Below the pieces are notes generated by a model. It ran no database searches. It saw only the letters and a list, made by a program, of their open reading frames with translations, and was not told the DNA's origin. A stretch of DNA of 64,000 nt. Origin: Eutreptiella sp. 'Long Island Sound 2002'. Its lineage: Eukaryota > Protista > Euglenida. Positions 14,400-26,800 of this stretch are shown here, one piece after another; the first letter of the stretch is position 1, and every line of letters starts with the position of its first letter. Location: assembly GCA_964036045.1 (NCBI GenBank), contig OZ038379.1:13082001-13146000 (forward strand), written 5' to 3'. The position numbers and the translations under genes are program-made.

Positions 14400-14769
14400 A
14401 AACAGCCCTATGGGGACTTTGCAAGTGGCGGGTGGCAGGAGAAGGCCTCAGAATCAGTTTGAGAACACAGTGTGCACTCTGCCTCATGATGGAGCACGAG
14501 AGCTGGTACTGCTGTACAACACAGTGTGGGACTCAACTGCCACTGGGCGACGCCCATTCCACAGAGACATGGTCCCATGGGTCGATCCTGCACTGGGTCA
14601 GAAGGCCATCAATGCAGCCAAGAGGGACAGAGGTATCGGTCTCATCGAAGATGAGAGGCAAACTTTGGTTGTTGCGTCCAGACCGCCAACCTCTGATTGT
14701 GTGCACTCTGACGCTTGCGTTTCCGAAAAGCATGTGAAGATGGCCATGGGTGCGGACCCCATGAGGTAG
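14400..14769 (+). other. Protein-like open frame of unknown origin (exon or TE fragment)
   Basis: ORF 14278-14769; the part after the G-run has natural composition (LLYNTVWDSTATGRRPFHRDMVPWVDPALGQKAINAAKRDRG). No motif recognised. Confidence 0.2.
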
Positions 14770-14873
14770 GGGGGCAACATGACATTGGTGGGCAACAAAC
14801 GGGGGAAGGGGGCAATCAGAGGGGAAAAGAAAGCAATAGGCAGTGGGACGAGACGACAGATGGCTGCATGGCG

Positions 14874-17800
14874 CATGTACTAACACGAAAAAATGCAAAC
14901 ACTGGACAAACCAAAAGAGCTGGCTAACCTAAATGGCACACGGAGTCAATTGTACGTCTTTTACGCAACATAGCTAAGATTTGATTGTACCAACCTTTCA
15001 CAAGAGAGAAACAAACTCCTAGCCAGCTACCATGCATTGTGCATCTGAAAGCCTGCACCACTCTTGGATGTTTTGTGTTTTGTCAGTGTGCCAGTCTGCT
15101 CTGTTAAAGCGAGATGTATCAATGATGAAAACCAAAACAGACACAGTGTCACCTATGCAGCAGTGGTACATGGCTGTGCACCTACATCATCAGGTTAGTC
15201 TGTCCTGCTTGGCTGGACCCTAGCACAGCAAACGCACTGAACCACAGTGAATGGGGGTTTGGACCAAGTTGTTGCACTGCGTGCGCACTGCGCGTGCACT
15301 GTGTGGGCACTGTGTGCGCACTGCGTGCATACTGCGCACGCAGAGGCCGGGATACTCACCCAAGAATACCTGTCACCTGACTGGTTGCACAGCGAAGCAC
15401 CAAAGCCCACATGAGAACGACGAAACTGCCTTCAACTTGGTACTCCACTGTCCCTGTGAACAAACCACTCCGCCTTGTAAAGTCCGCTTGCTTCGAGTGT
15501 TTCGGTGCCCGTGGCTTCGCTCTTGGAGGCGGCGATGAGGTGTCCCTTGACTCGGAGCGTGGGGAATGCGTTGTCCGTGGTGTCTTGGGTGATGGGGACC
15601 GCGAATAGGGTGAATAGGAGGGCGGTGGTGATTCTGAGTGTGGTCGCAACACACTTATTGATGGCGAGCGAGGTGAGTGATGTGGTGGGGATGAAGGCCG
15701 TACCACAAACTCCTCAAGGTCCGCGGGCTATGTATGGCTACATCACCCGTGCCTTCTCGGGGTCCCCATAGTGGGGAGAGTTCAATATGGGGGGCAAAAA
15801 ATGGGTAAAAATGGTTGACATTGGGCAACAAAGGGTGACAATTCAAATGTGCCACATCCCAAATGCATAGGAAGCTGAAAAAGACCTCAGTATGGAACCA
15901 AAAACTTGTCAAAAGGGGCCAAAAGTGGGATCGGAGTATTGGCTGAAAATCAAAACTTCGTACTGCGTGTGCACTGCGTGCATGGCATTCCCTTGGAAGT
16001 ATTCCCCTAACCAAACCCAGCGACTCTATGGGGTATTTGTGAGTTACATTGCAACCATTGTGTGCATGTACACAATGCAACAACACTATCTGCAATATAC
16101 GCAGACAACATTGCATCCCATCAGTCAATATTCGTTTAAGCATGTATCGATCAGACAAATGCCTCAAAGCATCACATTTTCTTGGAACCCTTGGCCCACT
16201 GGTTTTTCTACACTCTACAGTGCACACTCAAAATCATCATCTATCTTCTACAGCAACACATACCCCCATCTGATGACACCCAAACAACGACAACAAAGCA
16301 ACGCATGGCCATGATGCAGGAATTGTGGCAGGAATGGTTTAACATCAAGCTTCAGCCACAAATTAAAATCCCCATTGCACAATAGTAGATCCAAATGTAC
16401 AAATCAACAACCAAGTGTAACTCCTAACATCATGCCCCAAAAATACAAGCAAGAAAGACACTTGGATACCCTGTTTCTGGATAAGGAGGTGCGATGTCTC
16501 AGTCCAACAGGGAACATAAGTAAAATCAATGGCACGTCATAGAGCTGGGTAAAATGTCATCTTCCCATCGAACATAAATTTGCAACACCGGAACTAGAAA
16601 TATGCAAAAAAGAAAAGGGGATGCACACTTAAATCGTCAAGATCAATCCACTAATCTCCATATCCACTGTACCACTGTTGTTGTTCTGTTCACATTGTCT
16701 CTCAAATGAACACAATGCCCTGTGAATCTCATGCTCAATGGGTCTACCAAAGTGAGTCACTCACGTTGGTAACATTATTGTTAGATAGACATGTAATCAC
16801 AGCTCAGCTACCTCAGCTACCGAGGCCTTGCGGATCACAGCAGCGTAAAGCCATGGCATGATATCCACGTTGCTTATTGGGTAGATAGATTTACTAGTGT
16901 TGCATTTGTTCTTCAACCTGGATATGTCCATCACCACCCACATTCTATCTGCACATCTACCATATTGTATAATTGAAATATAATCGCAGCCACCAGCTGT
17001 GCAGATACTTTAGCCAACCCTTTCACAGCCACATGCAGATCCATCTTCCATTCGCCTTTCAGTCCAACAGGGAACACAATTGAAATCTTAGTTGGTCATC
17101 GAGCTGGGTAAGGTCTCATCATGGCGCTTACATAACACAAACACCTGCATCTGAACACAAAAAGTGTCACCAACAGCAAAGGCGTATCAGATTGAGGACT
17201 GGAAGAATGGGTCACATCATTGCTCAGCAACACTACTCATCATTCGCCACCAAGAAATAGCACCTGCAACATCCCAAACATTGATCTTTCGGAACATGCC
17301 TCCGGGAGGGCACACCCACACCTTGTGGCTCAATGAAAGAGTGTAACACAGCCAACACCAGTTCTACGCAATGCCACAAATCCCAATCTACAATGAGGTG
17401 ATTCAGCAGTGGTTGAGGACGTGTGGAACATCAGCAATCAGCAAATACACAAACTCATCACAACCTCAGTACGTGTAATGGCCATTGATGAAATGCTTAG
17501 GCAGTGGTTCAGGATTGTCTTGACATCATCAACATAAACTGTACAAATGAAACAGACGTATGAAGCAACAACACATTCTAACCTCACATGTACAAACATG
17601 AAAAAATGCAAACACTGGACAAACCAAAAGAGCTGGGTAGCCTAAATGGCACACGGAGTCAATTGTACGTCTTTTACACAACATAGCTAAGATTTGATTG
17701 TACCAACCTTTCACAAGAGAGAAACAAACTCCTAGCCAGCTACCATGCATTGTGCACCTGAAAGCCTGCACCACTCTTGGATGTTTTGTGTTTTGTCAGT

Positions 17801-20800
17801 GTGCCAGTCTGCTCTGTTAAAGCGAGATGTATCAATGATGAAAACCAAAACACACACAGTGTCACCCGTGCAGCAGTGGTACATGGCTGTCCAACTACAT
17901 CATCAGGTTAGTCTGTCCTGCTTGGCTGGACCCTAGCACAGCAAACGTACTGAACCACAGTGAATTGGGGCTTGGTGGCATTCCCCTCACCAAACCAAGC
18001 GACTCTATGGGGTATTTGTGAGTTACATTGCAACCATTGTGTGCATGTGCACAATGCAACAACACTATCTGCAATATACACAGACAACATTGCATCCTAT
18101 CAGTCAATATTCGTTTAAGCATGTATCGATCAGACAAATGCCTCAAAGCATCACATTTTCTTGGAACCTTTGGCCCACTGGGTTTTCTACACCCTACAGT
18201 GCACACTCAAAATCATCATCTATCTTCTACAGCAACACATACCCCCATCTGATGACACCCAAACAACGACAACAAAGCAACGCATGGCCATGATGCAGGA
18301 ATTGTGGCAGGAATGGTTTAACATCAAGCTTCAGCCACAAATTAAAATCCCCATTGCACAATATTAGATCCAAATGTACAAATCAACAACCAAGTGTAAC
18401 TCCTAACATCATGCCCTAAAAATACAAGCAAGAAAGACACTTGGATACCCTGTTTCTGGATAAGGAGGTGCGATGTCTCAGTCCAACAGGGAACATAAGT
18501 AAAATCAATGGCACGTCATAGAGCTGGGTAAAATGTCATCTTCCCATCGAACATAAATTTGCAACACCGGAACTAGAAATATGCAAAAAAGAAAAGGGGA
18601 TGCACACTTAAATCGTCAAGATCAATCCACTAATCTCCATATCCACTGTACCACTGTTGTTGTTCTGTTCACATTGTCTCTCAAATGAACACAATGCCCT
18701 GTGAATCTCACGCTCAATGGGTCTACCAAAGTGAGTCACTCACGTTGGTAACATTATTGTTAGATAGATATGTAATCACAGCTCAGCTACCTCAGCTACC
18801 GAGGCCTTGCGGATCACAGCAGCGTAAAGCCATGGCATGATATCCACGTTGCTTATTGGGTAGATAGATTTACTAGCGTTGCATTTGTTCTTCAACCTGG
18901 ATATGTCCATCACCACCCACATTCTATCTGCACATCTACCATATTGTATAATTGAAATATAATCGCAGCCACCAGCTGTGCAGATACTTTAGCCAACCCT
19001 TTCACAGCCACATGCAGATCCATCTTCCATTCGCCTTTCAGTCCAACAGGGAACACAATTGAAATCATAGTTGGTCATCGAGCTGGGTAAGGTCTCATCA
19101 TGGCGCTTACATAACACAAACACCTGCATCTGAACACAAAAAGTGTCACCAACAGCAAAGACGTATCAGATTGAGGACTGGAAGAATGGGTCACATCATT
19201 GCTCAGCAACACTACTCATCATTCGCCACCAAGAAATAGCACCTGCAACATCCCAAACATTGATCTTTCGGAACATGCCTCCGGGAGGGCACATCCACAC
19301 CTTGTGGCTCAATGAAAGAGTGTAACACAGCCAACACCAGTTCTACGCAATGCCACAAATCCCAATCTACAATGAGGTGATTCAGCAGTGGTTGAGGACG
19401 TGTGGAACATCAGCAATCAGCAAATACACAAACTCATCACAACCTCAGTACGTGTAATGGCCATTGATGAAATGCTTAGGCAGTGGTTCAGGATTGTCTT
19501 GACATCATCAACATAAACTGTACAAATGAAACAGACGTATGAAGCAACAACACATTCTAACCTCACATGTACAAACAGGAACAAATGCAAACACTGGACA
19601 AACCAAAAGAGCTGGCTAGCCTAAATGGCACACGGAGTCAATTGTACGTCTTTTACACAACATAGCTAAGATTTGATTGTACCAACCTTTCACAAGAGAG
19701 AAACAAACTCCTAGCCAGCTAACATGCATTGTGCACCTGAAAGCCTGCACCACTCTTGGATGTCTTTTGTTTTGTCAGTGTGCCAGTCTGCTCTGTTAAA
19801 GCGAGATGTATCAATGATGAAAACCAAAACACACACAGTGTCACCCGTGCAGCAGTGGTACATGGCTGTCCAACTACATCATCAGGTTAGTCTGTCCTGC
19901 TTGGCTGGACCCTAGCACAGCAAACGTACTGAACCACAGTGAATTGGGGCTTGGTGGCATTCCCCTCACCAAACCAAGCGACTCTATGGGGTATTTGTGA
20001 GTTACATTGCAACCATTGTGTGCATGTGCACAATGCAACAACACTATCTGCAATATACACAGACAACATTGCATCCTATCAGTCAATATTCGTTTAAGCA
20101 TGTATCGATCAGACAAATGCCTCAAAGCATCACATTTTCTTGGAACCTTTGGCCCACTGGGTTTTCTACACTCTACAGTGCACACTCAAAATCATCATCT
20201 ATCTTCTACAGCAACACATACCCCCATCGGATGACACCCAAACAACGACAACAAAGCAACGCATGGCCATGATGCAGGAATTGTGGCAGGAATGGTTTAA
20301 CATCAAGCTTCAGCCACAAATTGAAATCCCCATTGCACAATATTACATCCAAATGTACAAATCAACAACCAAGTGTAACTCCTAACATCATGCCCCAAAA
20401 ATACAAGCAAGAAAGACACTTGGATACCCTGTTTCTGGATAAGGAGGTGCGATGTCTCAGTCCAACAGGGAACATAAGTAAAATCAATGGCACGTCATAG
20501 AGCTGGGTAAAATGTCATCCTCCCATCGAACATAAATTTGCAACACCGGAACTAGAAATATGCAAAAAAGAAAAGGGGATGCACACTTAAATCGTCAAGA
20601 TCAATCCACTAATCTCCATATCCACTGTACCACTGTTGTTGTTCTGTTCACATTGTCTCTCAAATGAACACAATGCCCTGTGAATCTCACGCTCAATGGG
20701 TCTACCAAAGTGAGTCACTCACGTTGGTAACATTATTGTTAGATAGACATGTCATCACAGCTCAGCTACCTCAGCTACCGAGGCCTTGCGGATCACAGCA

Positions 20801-23800
20801 GCGTAAAGCCATGGCATGATATCCACGTTGCTTATTGGGCAGATAGATTTACTAGCGTTGCATTTGTTCTTCAACCTGGATATGTCCATCACCACCCACA
20901 TTCTATCTGCACATCTACCATATTGTATCATTGAAATCTTATCGCAGCCACCAGCTGTGCAGATACTTTAGCCAACCCTTTCACAGCCACATGCAGATCC
21001 ATCTTCCATTCGCCTTTCAGTCCAACAGGGAACACAATTGAAATCTTAGTTGGTCATCGAGCTGGGTAAGGTCTCATCATGGCGCTTACATAACACAAAC
21101 ACCTGCATCTGAACACAAAAAATGTCACCAACAGCAAAGGCGTATCAGATTGAGGACTGGAAGAATGGGTCACATCATTGCTCAGCAACACTACTCATCA
21201 TTCGCCACCAAGAAATAGCACCTGCAACATCCCAAACATTGATCTTTCAGAACATGCCTCCGGGAGGGCACACCCACACCTTGTGGCTCAATGAAAGAGT
21301 GTAACACAGCCAACACCAGTTCTACGCAATGCCACAAATCCCAATCTACAATGAGGTGATTCAGCAGTGGTTGAGGACGTGTGGAACATCAGCAATCAGC
21401 AAATACACAAACTCATCACAACCTCAGTACGTGTAATGGCCATTGATGAAATGCTTAGGCAGTGGTTCAGGATTGTCTTGACATCATCAACATAAACTGT
21501 ACAAATGAAACAGACGTATGAAGCAACAACACATTCTAACCTCACATGTACAAACAGGAACAAATGCAAACACTGGACAAACCAAAAGAGCTGGCTAGCC
21601 TAAATGGCACACGGAGTCAATTGTACGTCTTTTACACAACATAGCTAAGATTTGATTGTACCAACCTTTCACAAGAGAGAAACAAACTCCTAGCCAGCTA
21701 CCATGCATTGTGCATCTGAAAGCCTGCACCACTCTTGGATGTTTTGTGTTTTGTCAGTGTGCCAGTCTGCTCTGTTAAAGCGAGATGTATCAATGATGAA
21801 AACCAAAACACACACAGTGTCACCCGTGCAGCAGTGGTACACGGCTGTCCAACTACATCATCAGGTTAGTCTGTCCTGCTTGGCTGGACCCTAGCACAGC
21901 AAACGTACTGAACCACAGTGAATTGGGGCTTGGAAGCATTCCCCTCACCAAACCAAGCGACTCTATGGGGTATTTTTGAGTTACATTGCAACCATTGTGT
22001 GCATGTGCACAATGCAACAACACTATCTGCAATATACACAGACAACATTGCATCCTATCAGTCAATATTCGTTTAAGCATGTATCGATCAGACAAATGCC
22101 TCAAAGCATCACATTTTCTTGGAACCCTTGGCCCACTGGGTTTTCTACACTCTACAGTGCACACTCAAAATCATCATCTATCTTCTACAGCAACACATAC
22201 CCCCATCTGATGACACCCAAAAAATGACAACAAAGCAACGCATGGCCATGATGCAGGAATTGTGGCAGGAATGGTTTAACATCAAGCTTCAGCCACAAAT
22301 TAAAATCCCCATTGCACAATATTAGATCCAAATGTACAAATCAACAACCAAGTGTAACTCCTAACATCATGCCCCAAAAATACAAGCAAGAAAGACACTT
22401 GGATACCCTGTTTCTGGATAAGGAGGTGCGATGTCTCAGTCCAACAGGGAACATAAGTAAAATCAATGGCACGTCATAGAGCTGGGTAAAATGTCATCCT
22501 CCCATCGAACATAAATTTGCAACACCGGAACTAGAAATATGCAAAAAAGAAAAGGGGATGCACACTTAAATCGTCAAGATCAATCCACTAATCTCCATAT
22601 CCACTGTGCCACTGTTGTTGTTCTGTTCACATTGTCTCTCAAATGAACACAATGCCCTGTGAATCTCACGCTCAATGGGTCTACCAAAGTGAGTCACTCA
22701 CGTTGGTAACATTATTGTTAGATAGACATGTCATCACAGCTCAGCTACCGAGGCCTTGCGGATCACAGCAGCGTAAAGCCATGGCATGATATCCACGTTG
22801 CTTATTGGGTAGATAGATTTACTAGTGTTGCATTTGTTCTTCAACCTGGATATGTCCATCACCACCCACATTCTATCTGCACATCTACCATATTGTATCA
22901 TTGAAATATAATCGCAGCCACCAGCTGTGCAGATACTTTAGCCAACCCTTTCACAGCCACATGCAGATCCATCTTCCATTCGCCTTTCAGTCCAACAGGG
23001 AACACAATTGAAATCATAGTTGGTCATCGAGCTGGGTAAGGTCTCATCATGGCGCTTACATAACACAAACACCTGCATCTGAACACAAAAAGTGTCACCA
23101 ACAGCAAAGGCGTATCAGATTGAGGACTGGAAGAATGGGTCACATCATTGCTCAGCAACACTACTCATCATTCGCCACCAAGAAATAGCACCTGCAACAT
23201 CCCAAACATTGATCTTTCGGAACATGCCTCCGGGAGGGCACACCCACACCTTGTGGCTCAATGAAAGAGTGTAACACAGCCAACACCAGTTCTACGCAAT
23301 GCCACAAATCCCAATCTACAATGAGGTGATTCAGCAGTGGTTGAGGACGTGTGGAACATCAGCAATCAGCAAATACACAAACTCATCACAACCTCAGTAC
23401 GTGTAATGGCCATTGATGAAATGCTTAGGCAGTGGTTCAGGATTGTCTTGACATCATCAACATAAACTGTACAAATGAAACAGACGTATGAAGCAACAAC
23501 ACATTCTAACCTCACATGTACAAACAGGAACAAATGCAAACACTGGACAAACCAAAAGAGCTGGCTAGCCTAAATGGCACACGGAGTCAATTGTACGTCT
23601 TTTACACAACATAGCTAAGATTTGATTGTACCAACCTTTCACAAGAGAGAAACAAACTCCTAGCCAGCTAACATGCATTGTGCACCTGAAAGCCTGCACC
23701 ACTCTTGGATGTCTTTTGTTTTGTCAGTGTGCCAGTCTGCTCTGTTAAAGCGAGATGTATCAATGATGAAAACCAAAACACACACAGTGTCACCCGTGCA

Positions 23801-26800
23801 GCAGTGGTACATGGCTGTCCAACTACATCATCAGGTTAGTCTGTCCTGCTTGGCTGGACCCTAGCACAGCAAACGTACTGAACCACAGTGAATTGGGGCT
23901 TGGTGGCATTCCCCTCACCAAACCAAGCGACTCTATGGGGTATTTGTGAGTTACATTGCAACCATTGTGTGCATGTGCACAATGCAACAACACTATCTGC
24001 AATATACACAGACAACATTGCATCCTATCAGTCAATATTCGTTTAAGCATGTATCGATCAGACAAATGCCTCAAAGCATCACATTTTCTTGGAACCTTTG
24101 GCCCACTGGGTTTTCTACACTCTACAGTGCACACTCAAAATCATCATCTATCTTCTACAGCAACACATACCCCCATCGGATGACACCCAAACAACGACAA
24201 CAAAGCAACGCATGGCCATGATGCAGGAATTGTGGCAGGAATGGTTTAACATCAAGCTTCAGCCACAAATTAAAATCCCCATTGCACAATATTACATCCA
24301 AATGTACAAATCAACAACCAAGTGTAACTCCTAACATCATGCCCCAAAAATACAAGCAAGAAAGACACTTGGATACCCTGTTTCTGGATAAGGAGGTGCG
24401 ATGTCTCAGTCCAACAGGGAACATAAGTAAAATCAATGGCACGTCATAGAGCTGGGTAAAATGTCATCCTCCCATCGAACATAAATTTGCAACACCGGAA
24501 CTAGAAATATGCAAAAAAGAAAAGGGGATGCACACTTAAATCGTCAAGATCAATCCACTAATCTCCATATCCACTGTACCACTGTTGTTGTTCTGTTCAC
24601 ATTGTCTCTCAAATGAACACAATGCCCTGTGAATCTCACGCTCAATGGGTCTACCAAAGTGAGTCACTCACGTTGGTAACATTATTGTTAGATAGACATG
24701 TCATCACAGCTCAGCTACCTCAGGTACCGAGGCCTTGCGGATCACAGCAGCGTAAAGCCATGGCATGATATCCACGTTGCTTATTGGGCAGATAGATTTA
24801 CTAGCGTTGCATTTGTTCTTCAACCTGGATATGTCCATCACCACCCACATTCTATCTGCACATCTACCATATTGTATCATTGAAATCTTATCGCAGCCAC
24901 CAGCTGTGCAGATACTTTAGCCAACCCTTTCACAGCCACATGCAGATCCATCTTCCATTCGCCTTTCAGTCCAACAGGGAACACAATTGAAATCTTAGTT
25001 GGTCATCGAGCTGGGTAAGGTCTCATCATGGCGCTTACATAACACAAACACCTGCATCTGAACACAAAAAATGTCACCAACAGCAAAGGCGTATCAGATT
25101 GAGGACTGGAAGAATGGGTCACATCATTGCTCAGCAACACTACTCATCATTCGCCACCAAGAAATAGCACCTGCAACATCCCAAACATTGATCTTTCAGA
25201 ACATGCCTCCGGGAGGGCACACCCACACCTTGTGGCTCAATGAAAGAGTGTAACACAGCCAACACCAGTTCTACGCAATGCCACAAATCCCAATCTACAA
25301 TGAGGTGATTCAGCAGTGGTTGAGGACGTGTGGAACATCAGCAATCAGCAAATACACAAACTCATCACAACCTCAGTACGTGTAATGGCCATTGATGAAA
25401 TGCTTAGGCAGTGGTTCAGGATTGTCTTGACATCATCAACATAAACTGTACAAATGAAACAGACGTATGAAGCAACAACACATTCTAACCTCACATGTAC
25501 AAACAGGAACAAATGCAAACACTGGACAAACCAAAAGAGCTGGCTAGCCTAAATGGCACACGGAGTCAATTGTACGTCTTTTACACAACATAGCTAAGAT
25601 TTGATTGTACCAACCTTTCACAAGAGAGAAACAAACTCCTAGCCAGCTACCATGCATTGTGCATCTGAAAGCCTGCACCACTCTTGGATGTTTTGTGTTT
25701 TGTCAGTGTGCCAGTCTGCTCTGTTAAAGCGAGATGTATCAATGATGAAAACCAAAACACACACAGTGTCACCCGTGCAGCAGTGGTACACGGCTGTCCA
25801 ACTACATCATCAGGTTAGTCTGTCCTGCTTGGCTGGACCCTAGCACAGCAAACGTACTGAACCACAGTGAATTGGGGCTTGGAAGCATTCCCCTCACCAA
25901 ACCAAGCGACTCTATGGGGTATTTTTGAGTTACATTGCAACCATTGTGTGCATGTGCACAATGCAACAACACTATCTGCAATATACACAGACAACATTGC
26001 ATCCTATCAGTCAATATTCGTTTAAGCATGTATCGATCAGACAAATGCCTCAAAGCATCACATTTTCTTGGAACCCTTGGCCCACTGGGTTTTCTACACT
26101 CTACAGTGCACACTCAAAATCATCATCTATCTTCTACAGCAACACATACCCCCATCTGATGACACCCAAAAAATGACAACAAAGCAACGCATGGCCATGA
26201 TGCAGGAATTGTGGCAGGAATGGTTTAACATCAAGCTTCAGCCACAAATTAAAATCCCCATTGCACAATATTAGATCCAAATGTACAAATCAACAACCAA
26301 GTGTAACTCCTAACATCATGCCCCAAAAATACAAGCAAGAAAGACACTTGGATACCCTGTTTCTGGATAAGGAGGTGCGATGTCTCAGTCCAACAGGGAA
26401 CATAAGTAAAATCAATGGCACGTCATAGAGCTGGGTAAAATGTCATCCTCCCATCGAACATAAATTTGCAACACCGGAACTAGAAATATGCAAAAAAGAA
26501 AAGGGGATGCACACTTAAATCGTCAAGATCAATCCACTAATCTCCATATCCACTGTGCCACTGTTGTTGTTCTGTTCACATTGTCTCTCAAATGAACACA
26601 ATGCCCTGTGAATCTCACGCTCAATGGGTCTACCAAAGTGAGTCACTCACGTTGGTAACATTATTGTTAGATAGATATGTCATCACAGCTCAGCTACCGA
26701 GGCCTTGCGGATCACAGCAGCGTAAAGCCATGGCATGATATCCACGTTGCTTATTGGGCAGATAGATTTACTAGCGTTGCATTTGTTCTTCAACCTGGAT

